NCBI GenBank assembly: GCA_904377845.1 | Contig: CAJFGR010000002.1 | Location: forward strand, 11,555 to 75,554 | Reading direction: 5' to 3' | Source: an uncultured Ruminococcus sp. | GTDB taxonomy: Bacteria; Bacillota; Clostridia; Lachnospirales; Lachnospiraceae | DNA length: 64,000 nucleotides | Part shown: positions 37,795 through 47,714 of the stretch, piece by piece | Layout: every line of letters starts with the position of its first letter | Numbering within the stretch: position 1 is the first letter of the stretch | The notes under the pieces: generated by a model | Database searches by the model: none | Told to the model about the DNA's origin: nothing | The model's input: only the letters and a program-made list of their open reading frames with translations | Made by a program: the position numbers and the translations under genes

Positions 37795-39396
37795 ATGCTG
37801 AGAATCAATCAGTTAAAACTTCCTGTGGCCCATACACAGGAACAACTTGAAAAGAAACTTCTGAAAACGCTGAAGGCCGGAAAGGGAGAACTGAAGCAAT
37901 ATTATATCAGAAAACGTTCTCTGGATGCCCGAAGGAAGCCGGAACTTTATTATGTATATTCGATCGATTTCGAAGTGGAACATGAAGAGCGCATTCTCAA
38001 ACAGCTGAAAGGAAAAATACAGAAAATATCCGAACGTCCATACAGCGCTCCGGCACACGGTACGGAACATCTGTCCGGCAGACCGGTGATTATCGGAAGC
38101 GGGCCCGCCGGACTTTTCTGTGCGTATCTTTTGTCCCGCGAGGGATATCGCCCCCTTGTTATTGAGCGGGGGGCTACGGTCAGAGAAAGAAAAGAAGATG
38201 TAGAACTGTTCTGGAAGAACGGGATTCTTGATCCGGATTCCAACGTGCAGTTCGGAGAGGGAGGAGCAGGTACGTTTTCGGACGGTAAGCTCAATACTCT
38301 TGTAAAAGACCCGGAAGGGCGGAATCGTTTTGTACTCGAAACATTTGTGCGTTTCGGGGCGCCGGAAGACATACTCTGGGAGCAAAAGCCACATATCGGT
38401 ACTGATATCCTCATTGATGTGGTGGAAGCAATGAGAGAAGAGATAAAAAAATCAGGCGGTGAATTTCTGTTCCACAGTCAGGTAACCGATATCATTCCAG
38501 AGGAGAAGACTCTGGTCATAAATGGAAACGAGAAAATCCGTACGGATGCGGCTGTCCTTGCCATAGGCCACAGTGCAAGGGATACATTTCAAATGCTCTG
38601 TGACCGCGGCTTTCATATGGAAGCAAAATCATTTGCAGTGGGGGTCCGTGTGGAGCATTCCCAGAGCCTGATTGATGTGAATATGTATGGAAGAGAAGAG
38701 CGCGGAAAGCTTCCGGCTGCGTCTTACAAACTGACGGAAAAGCTGGATAACGGGAGAGGGGTGTATACATTTTGTATGTGCCCGGGCGGTTATGTGGTAA
38801 ATGCATCATCCGAGCCAGGACATCTGGCCGTAAACGGTATGAGCTATCATGGGCGCGCAGGGGAAAATGCCAACAGTGCGGTTATCGTAACGGTTACACC
38901 GGAAGATTACGGGCAGGATGATCCTCTTTCAGGCGTACAGTTCCAGAGAGAGCTCGAGAGAAAAGCGTGGGAAGCGGGAAAAGGAAATATTCCGGTACAG
39001 CGCTTTGAAGATTTTTGCAAAAACAGAAAAACAGTTGAACTGGGAAGAATAAAACCAAATGTGAAAGGAAACTATAGCCTTGCCAATGTGCGCGATATCT
39101 TTCCGGATGAGCTGGCCGGATCGCTTCAGAAGGGGATTGGGCAGATGAACCGTAAAATTCAGGGATTTGCAGATCCTGATGTGCTTCTGTCAGGTGTGGA
39201 AAGCAGAACCTCCTCCCCTGTCAGAATCCCGAGAGATGAGGAGTTCAGAAGCAGTATTCCGTGGATCTACCCGTGCGGAGAGGGAGCAGGATACGCCGGA
39301 GGCATTACATCGGCGGCAATGGACGGGCTTAAGGTGGCAGAGGCGATTATCAGAAAGTATGAAGCCGGTGTCTGTTCACAGAATTTTAATGTGTAA
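37795..39396 (+). CDS. FAD-dependent dehydrogenase (COG2509-like, uncharacterised)
   Basis: It has a Rossmann motif VIIGSGPAGLFCA about 95 residues from the N-terminus, and GEGGAGTFSDGKL and GEGAGYAGGI motifs. Confidence 0.75.
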   Translation: MLRINQLKLPVAHTQEQLEKKLLKTLKAGKGELKQYYIRKRSLDARRKPELYYVYSIDFEVEHEERILKQLKGKIQKISERPYSAPAHGTEHLSGRPVIIGSGPAGLFCAYLLSREGYRPLVIERGATVRERKEDVELFWKNGILDPDSNVQFGEGGAGTFSDGKLNTLVKDPEGRNRFVLETFVRFGAPEDILWEQKPHIGTDILIDVVEAMREEIKKSGGEFLFHSQVTDIIPEEKTLVINGNEKIRTDAAVLAIGHSARDTFQMLCDRGFHMEAKSFAVGVRVEHSQSLIDVNMYGREERGKLPAASYKLTEKLDNGRGVYTFCMCPGGYVVNASSEPGHLAVNGMSYHGRAGENANSAVIVTVTPEDYGQDDPLSGVQFQRELERKAWEAGKGNIPVQRFEDFCKNRKTVELGRIKPNVKGNYSLANVRDIFPDELAGSLQKGIGQMNRKIQGFADPDVLLSGVESRTSSPVRIPRDEEFRSSIPWIYPCGEGAGYAGGITSAAMDGLKVAEAIIRKYEAGVCSQNFNV

Positions 39397-39472
39397 TCCC
39401 TATACACATTTTTTAAATTGTGCTAAAATAAATCGTTGTATTGTATCATTGCGCTGATCAAAGGATCAATTT

Positions 39473-40183
39473 ATGAAGAAAAACAATACAATTAAAGAAA
39501 TGTACCAGGAAGAACGGCCCTATGAGAAGTGTGAACGCTTCGGGGCGGAAAATCTGACAGATGCGGAGCTCCTTGCAGTTATCCTTAGGACGGGTACCAG
39601 GGGAGAAAATTCCCTTGACCTTGCAAGATGCCTTCTTCATCCGGATTTCGGCAATCCCGGAATTCACAATATTCATCAGTGGACGTTTGAGCGCCTGATA
39701 AATATCCGGGGGATCGGAAGAGTCAAAGCAGTTCAGATACTTTGTCTGTCGGAATTGTCCAAACGTATGGCGAGGGAAGCGGCAGTTGAGGGACTGGACT
39801 TTTCTTCTCCGTCTACGATTGCGCGTTACTATATGGAAGATATGCGCCACAGAAACAGGGAGGTGTTAAAGCTCCTGCTTCTGAATACACGCTCCAGACT
39901 GATCGGGGAGATGAACATATCGGTCGGCACAGTGGATATGGCGCTTGTATCGCCGCGAGAGCTGTTTGTAGAAGCTGTCCGGAAGGACGCATCGTCGATT
40001 ATTCTTCTGCACAATCATCCGAGCGGAGATCCTGCTCCCAGCAGGGAGGACGTGCGGATTACAAGGAGAGTATGTGAAGCAGGACAGCTGATCGGGATCG
40101 AACTTCTGGATCATATCATTATAGGTAATAACTGTTTTATCAGCCTGAAGGAAAAGGGGTTCTTTCAGCAGTGTGGGAGCTGA
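39473..40183 (+). CDS. radC: RadC-like JAB/MPN domain protein (UPF0758)
   Basis: It has an HhH region (LTDAELLAVILRTG) and a JAMM motif HNHPSGDPAPSREDVRIT. It sits in the conserved position upstream of mreB. Confidence 0.9.
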   Translation: MKKNNTIKEMYQEERPYEKCERFGAENLTDAELLAVILRTGTRGENSLDLARCLLHPDFGNPGIHNIHQWTFERLINIRGIGRVKAVQILCLSELSKRMAREAAVEGLDFSSPSTIARYYMEDMRHRNREVLKLLLLNTRSRLIGEMNISVGTVDMALVSPRELFVEAVRKDASSIILLHNHPSGDPAPSREDVRITRRVCEAGQLIGIELLDHIIIGNNCFISLKEKGFFQQCGS

Positions 40184-40220
40184 CCGTCGACGGAAATTGA
40201 TAAGGGGTGGTTGTACTGCT

Positions 40221-41246
40221 ATGGCGGGAAAGGTTTATGGGCTTGACCTCGGGACATATGAGATCAAGGTTTTTGATAAAAAGAACGACAGGATATGGCA
40301 TCAGAAAAATGCCATTGCAATGAAAAATAAAAAATACATTTTTGCCGTGGGCAATGAGGCATATGATATATTTGAAAAGGCGCCTGTGGATATCAGAGTT
40401 GTATTCCCGATGAAAAACGGGGTAATAGCGCATTTCGATGATATGCAGTATCTGCTGGGCAGTCTGTTGGAGTCAGACCGCAGATCTGTCTTCGGGGCAG
40501 AGTATGTTGTAGCTGTTCCCACAGATGTGACCGAAGTGGAAAAAAAGGCCTTTTATGATCTTGTCTATCATTCCGAGGCAAAAGCAAAGTCTGTGCGGAT
40601 TGTGGAGAAAGGTCTTGCCGATGCCATCGGTTTCGGGATGGATGTGATCGGTGAAAAGGGGATTTTTGTGGCTAATTTCGGAGGGGGGACAACGGAGCTG
40701 TCTGTTTTGTCGCTGGGAGGTATGGTCATGAATCGTCTGTTGAAGATCGGGGGAGGAAATTTTGATACCTCGATTGCAGATCTGGTCAGACATAACAGAG
40801 AATTCCTGATCGGCACATCTACTGCAGAAAAGCTCCGCCGTGAATTCGGCATTTTTGACCAGAGCACCAACAGTGCAATTACTGTATCAGGCCGGGATCT
40901 TGTCGCCAGTGTGCCCTCACAGGCAGATATTCCTATCAGCCTTGTCAGGGCGGCTATGAAAGAGCCGCTGGAGGAATGTGTAAAAGCAATCCGGGCTATG
41001 ATTGAGAGAACTCCGCCGGATGTACGCAGAGCGATTGTAAAGACAGGAATATGTCTTACCGGAGGACTGGCTAATCTGAAAGGACTCTCTACATATCTCG
41101 AAGAGAGTATCGGGCTCCCGGTTCTTACAACTGAGGAACCGGAACTTTGTGTCGTGAAAGGGCTGAGGAAGATCATCTCGGACCGCAGTTACTATAAACG
41201 TCTCACGTACTCCATGTTAGATGAAGATTACAGGTGGTTAAGATAA
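40221..41246 (+). CDS. mreB: MreB-family actin-like protein (divergent)
   Basis: It has actin-fold phosphate and adenosine motifs (GLDLGTYEI, FGGGTTELSVLSLGG, LTGGLANLKGL) and lies in the radC-mreB-mreC-mreD context. It is clearly diverged from canonical MreB in many otherwise conserved blocks. Confidence 0.75.
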   Translation: MAGKVYGLDLGTYEIKVFDKKNDRIWHQKNAIAMKNKKYIFAVGNEAYDIFEKAPVDIRVVFPMKNGVIAHFDDMQYLLGSLLESDRRSVFGAEYVVAVPTDVTEVEKKAFYDLVYHSEAKAKSVRIVEKGLADAIGFGMDVIGEKGIFVANFGGGTTELSVLSLGGMVMNRLLKIGGGNFDTSIADLVRHNREFLIGTSTAEKLRREFGIFDQSTNSAITVSGRDLVASVPSQADIPISLVRAAMKEPLEECVKAIRAMIERTPPDVRRAIVKTGICLTGGLANLKGLSTYLEESIGLPVLTTEEPELCVVKGLRKIISDRSYYKRLTYSMLDEDYRWLR

Positions 41247-42118
41247 TGAAGAAAAAGAATCAGACATCCCATTTAAACAGATATATTCTGATCGGACTTT
41301 CCGTGTTCTGTGCACTTATGATGGTCCTTTCATCATTTTCAGATAAGGCGGCAGGGCCATTTAAGGTTCTGGCTAATATAACGGTCATCCCACTTCAGCA
41401 GGGAATTAACCATGTGGGTGGATGGCTTGGCGATATGAAGGACAATTTTTCAACCATGCAGCAGCTTCGCGCCGAAAATGAAGATCTTCAGGCTCAGATT
41501 GATGCGCTTACAACGGAGAATAATTATCTTCAGGAGGAACGTTACGAGTACGAACGTCTTCAGGAACTGTATCAGCTTGACCAGAATTATGCGGAGTACG
41601 AAAAGACTGCTGCCCATGTTATCGGTAAAGATACAGGAAACTGGTTTAATACATTTACCATCGATAAAGGAAGTCAGGACGGAATTGAAGTGGATATGAA
41701 CGTACTGGCGGGAAGCGGACTGGTGGGGATTATCACTGAAGTCGGTCCCACATGGGCAAAAGTACGCTCAATTATCGACGATTCTAACAATGTAAGCGGA
41801 ATGGTTCTCTCGACATCGGATACTTGTATAGTCAGCGGTGATCTGTCCCTTATGAGCAGCGGACAGATTGCGTTCGATCAGATGGAGAATAATGACAATG
41901 TAGTGGCTGTGGGAGATCAGATTGTCACGTCCTATATCAGTGACAAATATCTGCAGGGAATTCTGATCGGCTCGATCAGTGAGATTAATGTGGATTCAAA
42001 TAACCTGACACGTTCAGGTTATATTATCCCGGCAGTAGATTTTAAAAATATTCAGGAAGTGCTCGTCATTACAACTACCAAAGCAGAGCTTACCGGTGAA
42101 AACGAAACGGGCGAATAG
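41246..42118 (+). CDS. mreC: Rod shape-determining protein MreC
   Basis: It has an N-terminal TM segment, a coiled coil (LRAENEDLQAQIDALTTEN) and a beta-rich C-terminal domain. The ATG overlaps the mreB stop by 1 nt. Confidence 0.88.
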   Translation: MKKKNQTSHLNRYILIGLSVFCALMMVLSSFSDKAAGPFKVLANITVIPLQQGINHVGGWLGDMKDNFSTMQQLRAENEDLQAQIDALTTENNYLQEERYEYERLQELYQLDQNYAEYEKTAAHVIGKDTGNWFNTFTIDKGSQDGIEVDMNVLAGSGLVGIITEVGPTWAKVRSIIDDSNNVSGMVLSTSDTCIVSGDLSLMSSGQIAFDQMENNDNVVAVGDQIVTSYISDKYLQGILIGSISEINVDSNNLTRSGYIIPAVDFKNIQEVLVITTTKAELTGENETGE

Positions 42119-42132
42119 AGGAGAAGTATTCC

Positions 42133-42666
42133 ATGAAAGCAGTAAAGATAAGACGTATTGTGGTGACAGCGCTTGTAGTGCTGCTTGCCTACCTTCTTCA
42201 GTGTACCGTATTTCCGGCGCTGGAGATTGCGGGAATCAAACCGAATCTTATGCTGATTGTTACGGCTTCTTTCGGATTTATGAGAGGCCCGAGGGAAGGA
42301 ATGTTTGTGGGGTTTGCCTCGGGGCTTCTCATTGATATCCAATACGGTGATATGATCGGTTTTTACGCCCTGATTTATCTGGTCGCAGGATATATAAACG
42401 GACTGTCTGAGCAGATCTATTTTGATGAAGACATTAAGCTCCCGCTTTTTCTGATTGCGGGCAGCGATTTTGTATATGGGATTGCCGTTTATTTCCTGAC
42501 TTTCCTGCTCAGGAGCGACTTTAATTTCCTGCACTATCTGAACCGGATTATTATTCCGGAGGCAATTTACACGATCGCTGTTACTCTTATTGTGTATCCA
42601 CTGCTCCTGTTTATCAATCATAAGCTGGAAGCTGAAGAAAAAAGGAGTGCAAGTAAATTTGTTTAG
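42133..42666 (+). CDS. mreD: Rod shape-determining protein MreD
   Basis: It is a small polytopic membrane protein directly after mreC. Confidence 0.8.
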   Translation: MKAVKIRRIVVTALVVLLAYLLQCTVFPALEIAGIKPNLMLIVTASFGFMRGPREGMFVGFASGLLIDIQYGDMIGFYALIYLVAGYINGLSEQIYFDEDIKLPLFLIAGSDFVYGIAVYFLTFLLRSDFNFLHYLNRIIIPEAIYTIAVTLIVYPLLLFINHKLEAEEKRSASKFV

Positions 42667-45517
42667 AGAAATCATCGACAGAATAAAAGAAGGCATAGAT
42701 TATATCATGAAATCAAGGCTTATGGTGCTTATCATAGTATTCTGCCTGACTTCATCCGTCCTGATCGGACGCCTTTTCTATCTTCAGATTGTAAGAGGCG
42801 AGGACTATCTGGACAACTATGAACTTCAGATCAGAAGGACAAGCGAGATTGCCGCGACAAGAGGAAATATTTACGACAGGAACGGAAATCTTCTCGCATA
42901 TAATGAGCTGGCATATTCCGTCACCATACAGGACACACTGCCCACGAATATGGGGTCGGACGAGAGAAATGAAACCTTGAATGGCATTCTCAATAAAGTA
43001 CTTGAAATCGTCGAGTCAAACGGGGATTCGGTTATTGACAGTTTTGGCATCATCCTTGACTCTGCGGGAGAATACCAGTTTGCGGAGACAAATGAAACGC
43101 TGAAACTCCGTTTTATAGCTGACGTATACGGAAAAGCATATACGGATGATCTCTCACAGGATCAGAGAAATCAGTCGGCATCCGGAATTATGCATTATCT
43201 CTGCACGAAAAGATATGGCCTTGACGATACCAACAATGATCCGGCATATATACTTAAGATGGTAAATATGCGCTACGCAATGGGGCTGAACAGTTATCAG
43301 CAGTATCTTTCCACAGTTCTCGCCTCTGATGTGAGCGATGAGACAGCGGCGGCGATCATGGAGAACCAGAGCACCCTTACCGGAGTTGATATCGAGGAAG
43401 AATCCCTTCGGCGTTATCCGGACGGAGAGTACTTCGCATCGCTGATCGGATATATCGGTCCTATGTCTCAGGATGAATATGATGCTCTGGATAAAGACGA
43501 AAAAGACAAATATTCTCTGTCCGATATTGTAGGAAAATCCGGCATTGAACAGGCTTTTGACAGTACTTTACAGGGCGAAAAGGGTAAGTCTACTTTTTAT
43601 GTGGACAACCTCGGAAAAGTGATCGAGACAGTGAGCAAGACAGATCCCAAGGCCGGAAATGATATATATCTTACAATAGATAAAGATCTGCAGATAAATG
43701 CATATAAGCTTCTGGAAGAGAAAATTGCAGGTATCGTGCTGAGTAAGCTGACAAATATTCTGGATTATGATCCTTCCGAGACAAAGGATGCAAGTGAGAT
43801 TATTATTCCCGTAAGCGATGCATATCATGCATTTATTGCAAACGAAGTGATTGATATGGATCATTTTGCAAACGAGAAAGCAGGACCGGCTGAAAAAGCA
43901 GTATATGCCACATTCCAGAATAAAAAAGAATCTGAGCTGTCAGAGATAATGTCTCAGCTTGAAAATGCACAGGCAGATGCATACAGAGATCTGTCGGATG
44001 AAATGCAGGCATATATGTCCTATATCTGTAATACGGTTCTGGCAGAAAAGACCGGGATTCTCCTGACAGATGAGATCGATACTTCGGATGAAACATATAT
44101 TGCATGGAGAACAGATGAGACGATCAGCCTCAATGCATACCTGAATTATGCTATTTCACAGAGCTGGATTGATACATCCAAGCTAGGTAACAGTGCATAT
44201 TCAAGCTCTGAAGAGATTTACCAGGCTCTCCTGACATATATTGAAGAATATTTGGCCAATGACAGTGATTTCGACAAACTTCTCTATGAATATCTTATAA
44301 AATCAGGAAGTGTCACCGGTACACAGATCTGTGCGATTGTGTATGAGCAGGGCGTGCTTCCGATGGATGAGAACAGCTACAACGGACTGCTAAGCGGGTC
44401 TGTTAATTCATTCCAGTGGCTGCACGACAAAATTGAAGCGCTGGAGATTACGCCCGGACAGCTCGGACTTGAACCGGGGTCAGGAGGGCTTGTTGTGACT
44501 GATCCGAATACAGGAGATGTGCTGGCGTGCGTATCCTACCCGGGATACGACAACAACCGCCTTGCAAATACAATGGATTCGGCTTACTACAACCAGCTCA
44601 ACAGCGGAACTTCACGGCCGTTTTATAACAGGGCCACACAGGAGGAAACGGCACCTGGTTCTACCTTTAAGATGGTTTCGGCTACGGCAGGGCTTGAAGA
44701 GGGAATTGTCAATGCGGATACGACTTTTTACTGTGACGGCGTATTTTCAGAAGTACAGCCGAGTCCCCACTGCTGGGTATATCCGAACGGACACGGCTCG
44801 CTTAACGCTGTTCACGCGATCGAAAATTCGTGTAACGTATATTTCTACAATGTAGGTTATGAACTCGGAATGGATTCAGACGGTAATTATGACAGCGATC
44901 TCGGTACGGACAGGCTTGCTAAATATGCTGAAATGTTCGGGCTCGGTGAAAAATCCGGCCTTGAGATTGACGAGGCTTCCCCGCATATTTCGGACGAGTA
45001 TTCAATTCAGTCCGCAATCGGACAGGGAAATAACAATTTTACTGTCAGCCAGCTGAACAGATATGTCACGGCGGTTGCCAACAGTGGAACGGTGTATGAT
45101 CTGACACTGATTGACAAGATTACGGATTCCAGCGGAAATCTGCTTCGTGACAATGAAGCAGAGGTTGTAAGGACAATGGATGATGTCAGCCAGAGTACAT
45201 GGAATCAGCTTCATGAAGGTATGGAGCTGATGGTAAGCAGCCACGCAACTTTCTCGGGGCTGGATTTTACGATGGCAGGAAAGACCGGTACGGCTCAGCA
45301 GAATGAGCTTCATCCGGATCATGCGCTCTTTGTCGGATACGCCCCGGCCGATTCACCGGAAATATCGATCGCAGTTCGTATTGTAAACGGATACAATTCA
45401 GGATACGCCTCCGAGATAGGGCGAGATGTGTCGCAGATCTACTTTAACCCGGATATGAAGGATGAGCTGATTACAGGAAAAGCAGCAGATCTGGGAAATG
45501 GAATGGCCGGCGATTAA
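42659..45517 (+). CDS. mrdA: Class B penicillin-binding protein 2 (elongasome transpeptidase), unusually long
   Basis: It has an N-terminal TM segment, RGNIYDRNGNLLA, the SxxK motif (GSTFK), SxN (ENSCN) and KTG (GKTGTA). The start is uncertain: TTG at 42659 (11 nt after GGAG) or ATG at 42707. Confidence 0.88.
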   Translation: MFREIIDRIKEGIDYIMKSRLMVLIIVFCLTSSVLIGRLFYLQIVRGEDYLDNYELQIRRTSEIAATRGNIYDRNGNLLAYNELAYSVTIQDTLPTNMGSDERNETLNGILNKVLEIVESNGDSVIDSFGIILDSAGEYQFAETNETLKLRFIADVYGKAYTDDLSQDQRNQSASGIMHYLCTKRYGLDDTNNDPAYILKMVNMRYAMGLNSYQQYLSTVLASDVSDETAAAIMENQSTLTGVDIEEESLRRYPDGEYFASLIGYIGPMSQDEYDALDKDEKDKYSLSDIVGKSGIEQAFDSTLQGEKGKSTFYVDNLGKVIETVSKTDPKAGNDIYLTIDKDLQINAYKLLEEKIAGIVLSKLTNILDYDPSETKDASEIIIPVSDAYHAFIANEVIDMDHFANEKAGPAEKAVYATFQNKKESELSEIMSQLENAQADAYRDLSDEMQAYMSYICNTVLAEKTGILLTDEIDTSDETYIAWRTDETISLNAYLNYAISQSWIDTSKLGNSAYSSSEEIYQALLTYIEEYLANDSDFDKLLYEYLIKSGSVTGTQICAIVYEQGVLPMDENSYNGLLSGSVNSFQWLHDKIEALEITPGQLGLEPGSGGLVVTDPNTGDVLACVSYPGYDNNRLANTMDSAYYNQLNSGTSRPFYNRATQEETAPGSTFKMVSATAGLEEGIVNADTTFYCDGVFSEVQPSPHCWVYPNGHGSLNAVHAIENSCNVYFYNVGYELGMDSDGNYDSDLGTDRLAKYAEMFGLGEKSGLEIDEASPHISDEYSIQSAIGQGNNNFTVSQLNRYVTAVANSGTVYDLTLIDKITDSSGNLLRDNEAEVVRTMDDVSQSTWNQLHEGMELMVSSHATFSGLDFTMAGKTGTAQQNELHPDHALFVGYAPADSPEISIAVRIVNGYNSGYASEIGRDVSQIYFNPDMKDELITGKAADLGNGMAGD

Positions 45518-45554
45518 TTAATAACGTCAGAACTTATGCAGGAGGAGAAGCAAA

Positions 45555-46346
45555 ATGGGAGAGGTTATAGTCATAACATCGGGAAAAGGCGGAGTCGGTA
45601 AGACAACGACTACTGCAAACATCGGGATCGGGTTGTCGGGACTGGGGAAAAAGGTTCTGGTTATCGATACAGATCTCGGACTAAGGAATCTCGATGTGGT
45701 TATGGGACTGGAAAACCGGATTGTATATAATATTGTAGATGTAATTGAAGGAAGCTGCAGGCTGAAGCAGGCGCTGATTAAAGACAAGCGTTTCCCGGAA
45801 CTTTACCTGCTGCCTTCAGCCCAGACAAAAGATAAGACAAGCATCTCTCCGGAGCAGATGAAGAAACTGATTGAGGATATACGTGATGATTTCGATTTTA
45901 TTCTGCTTGACTGTCCGGCGGGAATCGAACAGGGCTTTCAGAATGCGATTGCAGGGGCAGACCGTTCCATTGTCGTGACGACTCCCGAAGTCTCCGCCAT
46001 AAGAGATGCGGACAGAATTCTCGGACTTCTGGAGGCTTCCGGAATCAGAAAAAACGAACTGCTGATTAACCGTCTCAGGATCGATATGGTAAAGAGAGGA
46101 GATATGATGTCCGTGGATGATGTAACAGAGATCCTCGCTGTGGATCTTCTGGGAGTCATACCGGACGATGAGCAGGTTGTTGTCGCAACAAACCAGGGCG
46201 AGCCGGTAGTGGGAGAAGAAGGACTTGCAGGCAGGTCTTATATGAACATCTGCCGTCGGCTTTTGGGAGAGGATGTACCTATGGAAGATTATATGAAACC
46301 GGAGGGATTACTCGAAAAGCTCTCCAGTCTTTTTCACCGGAACTAG
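45555..46346 (+). CDS. minD: Septum site-determining ATPase MinD
   Basis: It has a deviant Walker A SGKGGVGKTTTTAN and is followed by minE. Confidence 0.95.
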   Translation: MGEVIVITSGKGGVGKTTTTANIGIGLSGLGKKVLVIDTDLGLRNLDVVMGLENRIVYNIVDVIEGSCRLKQALIKDKRFPELYLLPSAQTKDKTSISPEQMKKLIEDIRDDFDFILLDCPAGIEQGFQNAIAGADRSIVVTTPEVSAIRDADRILGLLEASGIRKNELLINRLRIDMVKRGDMMSVDDVTEILAVDLLGVIPDDEQVVVATNQGEPVVGEEGLAGRSYMNICRRLLGEDVPMEDYMKPEGLLEKLSSLFHRN

Positions 46347-46358
46347 GAGGGCATGAAG

Positions 46359-46568
46359 ATGAGTGTACCATCTGTTTTTGTTGCGAAAGAGAGACTTAAG
46401 AATCTGTTGATTTCAGACAGAATGCAGTGTACACCGGATGCGGCGGACAGACTGGAAAAAGATCTGTACCTTACGGTTTCAAAGTATATGGAGATCACCC
46501 CGGAACATTTTGATATCAAGATCACAAGGAGTGATATACATATTAAATACACGGGAGAAAACAAGTGA
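46359..46568 (+). CDS. minE: Cell division topological specificity factor MinE
   Basis: The sequence KERLKNLLISDR...LEKDLYLTVSKYMEI is typical of MinE. The ATG at 46359 is 8 nt after GGAGG. The ATG at 46353 is too close. Confidence 0.88.
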   Translation: MSVPSVFVAKERLKNLLISDRMQCTPDAADRLEKDLYLTVSKYMEITPEHFDIKITRSDIHIKYTGENK

Positions 46569-47698
46569 AAAACTTTTTAAAAAAATATATACACTATAAT
46601 ATCAAAGATTACAAAATAGGTCTTGTAATATCAGTGGTTGCCTTATCGATAATCGGCGTCCTTATGGTCAGAAGCGCAAGACCCGACTTTATGGACAGGC
46701 AGCTTCTGGGCGTCCTGCTCGGTATATGTGCAATGGTTGTAATTTCGCTGATTGATTACAATTGGGTGCTTAACTTTTACTGGCCCATGTATTTTCTGAA
46801 TCTTGTGCTGCTTGCGGCTATCTGGATTCCGGGGCTCGGTGTTGTTACGAATGGAGCACGCCGGTGGCTGAATCTCGGATTTACTCAGCTTCAGCCGTCT
46901 GACCTTACCAAGATCCTTATGATCCTTTTCTTTGCCAGATTTTTGTCAGACAGGGAGAGAGTGATTAACAATCCAAAGGTTATTCTTCAGGCAATTGCAC
47001 TGATTATCCCGTCACTGGCAATGATTGTAATTCAGCCGAACCTGTCTACGACACTCTGTGTGGCTGCTTTGTTCTGTGCGCTGCTTTTTCTTGCAGGTCT
47101 GAGCTATAAATTTGTGGGAACTGTATTGGCGATTACTGTGCCAACGGTTGTGATTTTTCTTGCTATTGCGGTCCAGCCGAACCAGCCGTTTTTACATGAT
47201 TACCAGCAGGATCGTATCCTTGCATGGCTGGAGCCGGAGAAATACGCGGATGACGAGTCATACCAGCAGCTCAACTCAGTAATGGCAATCGGATCGGGAC
47301 AGCTTTCAGGCAAAGGATATGACAATGACGATACCACATCAGTAAAGAACGGTAATTTTGTCTCTGAGCCGCAGACAGACTTTATTTTTGCGATAATTGG
47401 TGAAGAATTAGGATTTGTGGGTTGTTGTGTCGTTATATTTTTGATATTATTAATTGTGGTACAATGTATTATGGTTGGCTTGAAAGCGAAAGATACAGGG
47501 GGACGCATCATCTGCGGCGGCGTTGCCGCACTGATAGGGATACAGAGCTTTATCAATATCGGTGTGGCTACTATGATCCTTCCGAATACAGGATTGTCGC
47601 TGCCCTTTGTAAGTTATGGACTGACTTCCGTTGTGTGCTTTTTTATGGGGATCGGTTTCGTATTGAATGTCGGTTTACAGCCCAACAAATACCAGTAA
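46565..47698 (+). CDS. rodA: SEDS-family peptidoglycan polymerase RodA (FtsW/RodA/SpoVE family)
   Basis: It is a polytopic membrane protein with SEDS motifs (GARRWLNLG, QPSDLTKI, ESYQQLNSVMAIGSGQLSGKG, TDFIFAIIGEELGF). It lies in the mre/min context. Confidence 0.88.
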   Translation: MKNFLKKYIHYNIKDYKIGLVISVVALSIIGVLMVRSARPDFMDRQLLGVLLGICAMVVISLIDYNWVLNFYWPMYFLNLVLLAAIWIPGLGVVTNGARRWLNLGFTQLQPSDLTKILMILFFARFLSDRERVINNPKVILQAIALIIPSLAMIVIQPNLSTTLCVAALFCALLFLAGLSYKFVGTVLAITVPTVVIFLAIAVQPNQPFLHDYQQDRILAWLEPEKYADDESYQQLNSVMAIGSGQLSGKGYDNDDTTSVKNGNFVSEPQTDFIFAIIGEELGFVGCCVVIFLILLIVVQCIMVGLKAKDTGGRIICGGVAALIGIQSFINIGVATMILPNTGLSLPFVSYGLTSVVCFFMGIGFVLNVGLQPNKYQ

Positions 47699-47714
47699 GG
47701 AGAGAGTGACAGTT

